Position numbers and translations under genes: made by a program. This document shows, one piece after another, positions 10,170 to 17,747 of a stretch of DNA of 17,747 nt; the first letter of the stretch is position 1; every line of letters starts with the position of its first letter. The stretch is taken from positions 1 to 17,747 of the forward strand of contig NW_021824825.1 of NCBI RefSeq assembly GCF_006345805.1, in the 5' to 3' direction. The stretch is from Octopus sinensis (lineage: Eukaryota). The notes under the pieces were generated by a model. That model saw nothing but the letters and a program-made list of their open reading frames with translations, did not search any database and was not told where the DNA came from.

Positions 10170-10625
10170 AACCTTCAGGACAGACCTCAAGTGAAATTGA
10201 CTGGAATGATCCTGTTGTACAATATGATTTTAATGTTATCAACTGGAACCCAGCTGACCTACAAGAATATACACAAGAATATACACAAAAACCAGAAAAC
10301 TCTTTACTGGCAATAAAATGCACCATCCAAAGGCAGATATAGACTGCCTCTACCTGCCAAGGAAAGAAAGTAGAAGAGAACTGATCCAACTCAAACTCTC
10401 ATATAAGATGTACTTAAGCAAGATCAATGATTAGATTATGATATAAGTGGGAAAACATGAATCTCAGAAACAAAATTATTCTGTAAACAAAGAAGCTGAG
10501 AAATATAGAACAGATTTACATATTGGAGAAATAGAAAACACTAATGAAGATGATCTAATACCAACAAAGGCTGCCAAAATGCATAGGATGAAAGTGAAAG
10601 CAGAAGGACATACATGACCGAACTA
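10170..10625 (+). mobile_element. Degenerate R4/Dong-like LINE fragment (post-RT region)
   Basis: PVVQYDFNVINW.PADLQE and TRKLFTGNKMHHPKADIDCLYLPRKESRRELIQLKLSYK. Confidence 0.72.
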
Positions 10626-10627
10626 GC

Positions 10628-12265
10628 ACAGTCTTCTCTCTTGCAGACTGCATCTAATTTTATTTATGCCTAACTTTTCTCTCAATACACTAGCACTCTG
10701 TCACACATGTACATCCAATGGAACAAACTAGCTTCATTCCTCTCTAGTCTTTGCATGTTCTCTGCTTTCAGATCCTATGTCTTACTACCATTTAGCATTG
10801 TTGTTCATATACATGCATCACAGAACCTTCCTTTTACTCAGCAAGAGAGGTAAAAGCTCTTTGAACTTTCTCCATCCTATTCTTATTCTAGCAGTTACAC
10901 TTTTGGCACTTCCTCTTTTAATGCTAAATAGGTCACCTAGGTAGCAGAAATTATCTACTACTTCTAGAGAGCTTCCTGTGCATTTAAGTTTCCAGTGCAT
11001 CTGTAGTCTTTATGGCTCCTATACATCTTCCACATACAAACACTACTTTCTCCGTTAATGTTCCTATTATCTCACTACACCTCTTGTATGTCTATAGCCT
11101 GTATTGGGTAGACTACATGGAATTCTTGTCTACACCTTTCCTACATACTGAGCTGGGCCATTTACTTGAAGTAGGTAAGTTCCTTCCAATTTCTGATCTT
11201 CCCACTGTAAGACATTGGCAAACCTCTTCCTGCATCTGCCCTAGATAGATAAACCTGATTTGTAGCTTCCCTTTAAGCTACATGATATGGTTCTTTTTCC
11301 TCTCTTTCCAAACTTGCCTCTTCTCTTTTATGGCCCTGTCAACCTCACTGTTTCACCACCATGTCACCCTTGGTCTGGCAGAAGCTTTGCTCCAGCCACA
11401 GATTTTGTCTGTCACCCTGTGAAGGACTTTGGATTTATGAGCATCCACCTGTCTCTGTTTCTGGTGAGAATTTAGCCAATTTGGCTTGTGTACCCACCGG
11501 ATTGGTAAGTGATCAGATGGCTGGAATGTTCTCTGAAGTTGGTGTTGTGAACCAGTAAGTCATTTGCATCACAAAACTCCAGCAACTTTGTTCCCTTCTT
11601 ATTTATAGAACCAATGCCATAACCTCCATCCACACCTTAAAATCCATCAGAGTACTTTCCAACATGACCATTGTAGTCTCCTGCCACAATAAGAACGTCA
11701 TTGTCTTTCGTTGTCAAGGTAATCTGCCAAAGGGATTCATAGAAATGATCCTTCTGAATATCTGAGAGTTCAACATATGGAGCATATGCAGAGATAAATG
11801 ACACTGTCACTTTAAACAAGACTATTCTTAGCTTAATAATCCTATTAATATAATCCCTGACTACCTCAGTTACCTTATCTACCCATTTCTCTGCCAGAAC
11901 AATAACTACATCACCTAATTCATCACAGCTAGCCACCCAGAAAAATTTGTATCTGTGTCTCTTGTCTACAAGCAGTCTAGCTAAAGTTCCCCTCTAGTGT
12001 ACCTCTTGCACATAGTACACATCTACATGCTTTCACTGAAGCACTTCAAAAATCTCACTGGACTTATCTTTCATTGTGTCAACATTGATTGTAGCAGCTT
12101 TGAGCTTATGGAGCTGAGAAGTGTGGGAAGAAGGTTGGGGAGCGTTTTCAGCATCTGGAAAGATCTTTATGGTCACTTGCCTAATAGCTGTGGGTCCTTT
12201 TGCTTTGCATAAGCAGGCACTGGTTGCAGATTGAATTCCAGTTTCAGTTTCCTTCAATCCCATAA
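10628..12265 (-). mobile_element. Old RTE LINE with a large internal deletion (APE endonuclease joined to the RT 3' part)
   Basis: APE remnants LKAATINVDTMK and ISAYAP...LIVAGDYNGHVG (11637..11936). RT 3' remnants VVDNFCYLGD...ARIRIGWRKFKELLPLL (10818..11000). The RT core is missing near 11230-11280. Confidence 0.8.
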
Positions 12266-12574
12266 AGCTACTACTAGGGTTGGGGAGTCAATAAGATTGA
12301 GAAAAATAACATTTACTTTTTAGCAATGCAGAAGTAGCCAAGCACAACATGATAATATATACTTCTAAATTATCATTATCATCATAATGTAACCATATAT
12401 ACACACACATATACATAAGGGCATACATGAGCAATACATTGCTTGTAAAACATGCATATAGGGCCCACAATGTACTTACATGCATACATGTACCCATATA
12501 ACCACACACTTAAAGGAAAACAATTCACAGATTATAGTATTGTCAGCTGCAATATCTTTCTGTTTATCTGTTTA

Positions 12575-12660
12575 TGTGTGTGTGTATGTATGTATTTATG
12601 TATGTATGTATGTATGTATGTATGTATATATGTATGTAAGTGTATGTATATAAATGTATA
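12575..12660. repeat. (TATG)n / (TG)n microsatellite
   Basis: Direct reading. Confidence 0.9.
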
Positions 12661-14146
12661 GGAGAAGTTCCAGGTGTGGAAGGAGGGATTAGAACCGAGG
12701 GACCTTAGAGTCAACCTAGCTAAAACCAAAGTACTAATAAGTAGGAAGGTAGACAAACCACAAATGTCTTCAGGAAGATGTCCCTGCTCGATCTGTAGAA
12801 AAGGTGTAGGTAGAAACTCTATAAGGTGTACCCAGTGTAAGCTATGGACACATAAGAGGTGCAGCAATGTCAAAGGAAGGCTAACTGGGAAGATAGTTTT
12901 TGTATGTGGCAGATGCTCAGGAGCAATAAACTCTGAAAATCTGTAGAAAACAACTTCCGTCACTTTCCAGGGGGAAAAACTAGAAGTAGTTGATAGCTTC
13001 CATTATCTAGGTGACCAAGTCAGTAGTGGGGGTGGGTGCGCTGAAAGTGTAACTGCTAGAGTAAGAATAGCCTGGGCAAAGTTCAGGGAGCTCTTACCTC
13101 TGCTGGTGACTAAAGGCCTCTCACTCAGAGTAAAAGGCAGACTGTATGATGCATGTGTACGAACAGCCATGCTACATGGCAGTGAAACATGGGCCGTGAC
13201 TGCTGAGGACATGCGTAAGCTCGCGAGGAATGAAGCCAGTATGCTCCGATGGATGTGTAATGTCAGTGTGCATACTCGACAGAGTGTTAGTACCTTGAGA
13301 GAAATGTTGGACCTAAGAAGCATCAGTTGTGGTGTACAAGAGAGACAATTGCACTGGTATGGTCATGTGGCGAGAATGGATGAAGATAGGTGTGTGAAAA
13401 AGTGCCAATCCCTAGCAGTTGAGGGAACCTGTGGAAGAGGTAGACCCAGGAAAACCTGGGATGAGGTGGTGAAGCACGACCTTCGAACTTTAGGCCTCAC
13501 TGAGGAAATGACCAGCGACCGAGACCTTTGGAAATATGCTGTGCGTGAGGAGGCCAGGCAGGACAAGTGCCTTTCCTCCCTTGGACACACAAAGACCTGT
13601 TGAGGCAAGCGAAGTCGATATCGAATCTCATCCAACGACAGGCACCCATGCCAACCTCCCTTTGCTTGCGAAGACCTGTTGGGGCAAGTGAAATCGTAAT
13701 CGGAATCGAAATTGAACCAATCCTATGATTGGTACCCGGCAGATGCCAGGACCCCTGGACTGGTGGTACGTAAAAAGCATTATCCGAATCGTGGCCGATG
13801 CCAGCGCCGCCTCAACTGGCTTCCGTCCCGGTGGCATGTAAAAAGCACCATCCGAATCGTGGCCGATGTCAGTGCCGCCTCGACTGGCTTCCGTGCTGGT
13901 GACACGTAAAATGCACCAATCCGACCATGGCCGTTGCCAGCCTCACCTGGCACCTGTGCAGGTGGCACGTAAAAAGCACCCACTACACTCACGGAGTGGT
14001 TGGCGTTAGGAAGGGCATCCAGCTGTAGAAACACTGCCAGATAAGACTGGAGCCTGGTGCAGCCTTCTGGCTACCTAGATCCCCGGTCAAACTGTCCAAC
14101 CCATGCTAGCATGGAGAACGGACTTTAAACGATGATGATGATGATG
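12661..14146 (+). mobile_element. Younger 5'-truncated RTE LINE: RT 3' half, 3' UTR with tandem repeats and a (GAT)n tail
   Basis: LRVNLAKTKV, a PHD-like finger, FHYLGD, LYDACVRTAMLHGSETW, WYGHVARM and GRGRPRKTW. Tail GATGATGATGATGATG at 14131-14146. Confidence 0.92.
13762..13980 (+). repeat. About 68-bp tandem repeat in the RTE 3' UTR (3 units plus a partial unit)
   Basis: GGTGG(C/T)A(C/T)GTAAAAAGCA-like starts at 13762, 13830, 13898 and 13961. Confidence 0.9.
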
Positions 14147-14169
14147 TATGTATATATATATATATATAT

Positions 14170-15527
14170 CATCACCATCATCATCGTTTAACATCTGTTT
14201 TCCATGCTAGCACGGGTTGGACGGTTTGACCGGGGTCTGGGAAGCCAGGAGGGTGCACCAGGCTCCAGTCTGATCTGGCAGTGTTTCTACAGCTGGATGC
14301 CTTTCCTAACGCCAACCACTCTGCGAGTGTAGTGGGTGCTTTTTACGTGCCACCGGCATAGAAGCCAGTCAAGGCGGTGCTGGCATCGACCACGTTCGGA
14401 TGGTGCTTTTTACGTGCCGCCGGCACAGGTGTCGTAATTACAATTTCCATTTGATATTTATTTTGATATTGATGTACTTGACTCAATAGGTCTCCTCAAG
14501 TACAGCAGATCACTCTACGCTCCAAGGTAAGCACAGCAGGTCGTTCTGTAATCCAAGGTACTTTGAATGGGCTGGGGCTATGTGAAACTGGTGCAGGAAG
14601 CAGCCCGGGTCTTTGCAGTCACAACATATCTCTCTGAGCATCCATCTCCACTATTAATTTGTTCACCTAGGTAGCGGAAACTATCAACTATTACTAGTTT
14701 CTCCCCCTGGAGTGTGATGGAATCTGTTTTCTGAGTATCTGTGGTGTCTACTGCCCCTGTGCGTCTGCCGCACATGAAAGCTATCTTATCAGTTAATTTT
14801 CCTTTGATGTTGCTGCACCTCTTATGCGTCCATAGCTTACACTGGGTACATCTTATGGAGTTTCTACCTACACCTTTCCTACAGAATGAGCAGGGCCACC
14901 TGCCCATGGGGGTGTGTGATGAGTTCTCCTTTCTGCTTACTATTACTTTGGTCTTTGCTACATTTACTCTAAGGCCCTTTGATTCTAAACCTTGCTTTCA
15001 CACCCGAAATTTCTTTTCTAGTTCCGGTAGTGATTCTGCTATGAGGGCCAGGTCATCAGCATAGAGGAGCTCCCAGAGGCAACCTGTTTTGAATTCCTCT
15101 GTTATTGCCTGGAGGACTATGATGAATAAAAGGGGACTGAAGGCTGAACCTTGGTGGACACCTACTTCTACCCGGAATTCTTCACTATACTCATTGCCAA
15201 TCCTAACCTTGCTGACAGCCTCTCTGTATAGGGCCTGTACAGCCCTTATTAGCCATTCGTCAATCTCCAGTTTCCGCATTGACCACCAGATAAGGGATCG
15301 GGGGACCCTGTCAAAGGCTTTCTCCAAGTCCACGAAAGCTATGTAGAGGGGTTTATCTTTAGCTAGGTATTTCTCCTGCAGTTGTCGAACCAGGAATATG
15401 GCATCAGTGGTGCTTCTACCCGGCACAAAACCAAACTGCATCTCATCTAAGCAAATTCTCTCCTTAATGTGATGGGCTATGACCCTCTCTGTGACCTTCA
15501 TCACCTGATCCAACAGTTTAATACCCC
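14170..15527 (-). mobile_element. 5'-truncated RTE LINE (different 3' UTR subfamily), tail-to-tail with the previous copy, internally deleted near 14630
   Basis: ORF 14998..15513 has QFGFVPGRSTTDAIF, FVDLEKAFDRVPR, VGVHQGSAFSPLLF and LLYADDLAL. A finger lies in 14578..14907. The (CAT)n tail is at 14170, and the 5' end abuts (TA)n at 15528. Confidence 0.92.
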
Positions 15528-15699
15528 ATATATATATATGTATTACGGAGATGTACTTGCATAATGAGTGACTTGATCTGAGATCGTGTGCTGGAACGAA
15601 AACAGTTGCAGCATGGAAGGTGTTTATAAGCCATTTAAGAAATGTATATTCACATGTATGTAAGCATATGGATATGAAGTAAACAGATCAACATACAGA

Positions 15700-16100
15700 C
15701 AGATAGTTAAGTTATATGAACAAACAAGTACACATGCAAATGAAGACTGAAACACATGACCATATACACACACACACACCTTACTTCACACAAGGACACA
15801 TATGGAGACACGACTACAGATATGGAGATGTACGTCCATACATACCAACACAGTACATAGTTGCAAAACACATACACACACACACTCAGACATACACGCA
15901 CAAGGAAACAGAGGTACAAACACATATACACAAACACGGACATGTAAACACATGAATATGCAGAATACATACATACAAATGTACACACGTAGATAGATAC
16001 ATATGCACACACACATACACATACATGCATACATACATAAATGCATAGCATGTATAGGCGCACACACACTGATCCACACACATGCACACAAACAAACAAA
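15700..16100. repeat. Low-complexity CA/TA-rich degenerate microsatellite region
   Basis: Imperfect ACAC/ATAC runs; the source of the spurious H/T and C/V-rich ORFs. Confidence 0.8.
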
Positions 16101-16269
16101 ATGGAATGCTGTGTGAGTAACGGACGGAGTCAAAGACTATTGAAAATATTGCAAGACGCAAAGAAAATTTTAGAAAAATAGAAAAAAAGAAATAAGTGGA
16201 AATTTTACCAATGAGTGTGTTAAATTATAAGGCACCAAAAGAGAATGGCTCCCCCAGACACAACAGGTT

Positions 16270-16297
16270 ATTAATACATTTTTTTCATATTGAACAT

Positions 16298-16356
<59 letters not shown>

Positions 16357-16726
16357 GTTAACCAGCTACAGTTGTGATTGTACATTTATAAATTACGTTT
16401 TGGATTAGACATTGGCCTAATAACGGACAGTGGGATTTAACTCTACAATTGCAACTAGGAGAATTACTACTGTTAATATTATTGATATTCATATCATTAT
16501 TATTAATCCTACTAGTATCGTATTTGTTATTTTCATATCTGTTATTGTCTCTCTATTCTTCAACTGTAGTATCATTCAAATTCATCCCAGCATCATCAGG
16601 CGTATTAGTAATCTCTGTGGTAGTATAGACCTCAGAGCTACAGTCTATATTGTATATATTAGAAGCATTAGCACCGCTGTTTCTATTGGTAGCAGAAAAG
16701 GCATTTTAACTCCTATTTCTAAATTT

Positions 16727-16730
<4 letters not shown>
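16270..16730 (-). mobile_element. Penelope-like element fragment: Asn-rich linker plus GIY-YIG N-half, split by a (TA)n tract
   Basis: Minus-strand translation by hand gives ...NNNDMNINNINSSNSPSCNCRVKSHCPLLGQCLIQNVIYKCTITTVAG (about 16510 to 16361). After a frameshift come YI, then (TA)n, then YIGCS (16305 to 16291). Same motif type as 4853-4960. Confidence 0.8.
16301..16356. repeat. (TA)n microsatellite inside the GIY-YIG motif
   Basis: Direct reading: (AT)24 plus TA TATATA. Confidence 0.95.
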
Positions 16731-16757
<27 letters not shown>

Positions 16758-16949
16758 CTGTAAAATAATATGTGACAATTATTCAATAGCCAAGATAAAA
16801 CTCTGAAAACTCTGGCCATCTGAAAAACACTATGAAAAAAGACCGTTATACAAAGGGAAATTACTGTGTTATAATTCCGCTACTTATATAAAATCGCTAA
16901 ATCAATGACCACTAATTAAAATAAGGTTAAAAGTTCATAGTAAACACGT

Positions 16950-17500
16950 AAGCATGCCTACTCATATGCTCACATGTGCGCTCGTGCACCCACGTGCATA
17001 CATTTACATCACTATGAAAACATACACATCTTCACTCGCATTTTTCACCAAATGTATACGCATATATATACAAACTCATGCACACACGCGCACCGAAAAA
17101 GTTCATACATACGTCTGTATACGCACAAGCACAAGAAACAACATGGTTAAAGGTAACAATACAGAAATAAAGCAACAATACAGAAAAAAAAGGAAGTATA
17201 CAAAGCGTAAAAACCACATTCATATATGGACATGCCCTTATGCATGCACACACACGCGTCCATATATGTACAAACCCGCACATGTTTATATATGCATACA
17301 CACACACGCATACACAAAAGAAAAGGATTATACATACACCCAAAAAACCGAAAAAATTGTAAAAATACTGAGTAAAAACGTCTATATATGTATGTATTCT
17401 TATGCCCGCACACCCGCACACATATACATACATACCCGCCTATTCATACATATTCACACACGCGTACAAATTAACCTATATACACGTCTATATAGGCACA
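16950..17500. repeat. Low-complexity CA/TA/A-rich region
   Basis: Imperfect ACAC/ATAC runs and A-tracts. Confidence 0.7.
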
Positions 17501-17747
17501 AGAAAAAATGGAGGATGGAAGAGTACAGAAAAAATTATGTGTAAAAATATAAAAATATATGAAAAAATAAAAGGTATAATGAGATAAAAAACTTTTTGGG
17601 ACATAATATAGAAAGCAAGTTCTATCTGTATTCTTGGGGGGACCAAAAACGTAACAAAAATTTTGTCTCATGGGCATGATTCGAAAAGTTCTGTCCTTGA
17701 GTTTAGACATGTAGTAGGGCCTAAGCTGCTTTTCCAGATAAGCATCT

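Noticed and set aside
10261-10290. 12-bp tandem duplication ACAAGAATATAC
   Set aside because: It is an ordinary slippage duplication in a dead LINE.
13762-13980. Regularly spaced repeats as a CRISPR-like array
   Set aside because: Whole units are homologous, with no unique spacers and no cas genes, in a eukaryotic LINE 3' UTR.
12532-15346. Antisense ORFs overlapping RTE RT (12532..12963, 13003..13323, 14741..15064, 15089..15346)
   Set aside because: They are opposite-strand shadows of RT coding sequence.
15535-15645. Short segments resembling other octopus interspersed repeats (also about 16190-16270, 16760-16830 and 17590-17747)
   Set aside because: The resemblance is from memory only. 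There are no diagnostic motifs or complete ribozyme cores, so they cannot be classified.
16430-16768. 112-aa Ile-rich + strand ORF that looks like a membrane protein
   Set aside because: It is the antisense shadow of the Asn-rich PLE linker on the minus strand.
15707-17587. Many ORFs rich in YI, HT or CV dipeptides (also 5713-6027 and 12452-12661)
   Set aside because: They are translations of TA/CA/TG microsatellites with no domain content.

Overview
AT-rich eukaryotic DNA, most likely from an octopus (coleoid cephalopod). That call comes from recognising the tRNA-derived SINE families and RTE (GAT)n tails by eye, not from a search. There is no intact protein-coding gene. Most of the window is a nest of decayed retroelements: CR1/L2-group LINEs, several RTE LINEs, R4/Dong-like LINE pieces, two SINE families and Penelope-like elements (PLEs). 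Many element ends abut (TA)n microsatellites. One candidate internal exon of an unidentified host gene lies at 6533-6687 (+). The main signal missed by the ORF track is two related minus-strand elements (about 1878-2265 and 2792-3171). Each carries a type I hammerhead ribozyme with an intact core, a palindromic stem III and an unusually long (86-100 nt) structured stem II; the predicted cleavage sites are 880 nt apart. Two PLE GIY-YIG endonuclease remnants also occur. One is followed by a degenerate hammerhead, AATAAA and (TA)n, the same 3' layout as the two non-coding elements. All alignments and folds were done by hand.
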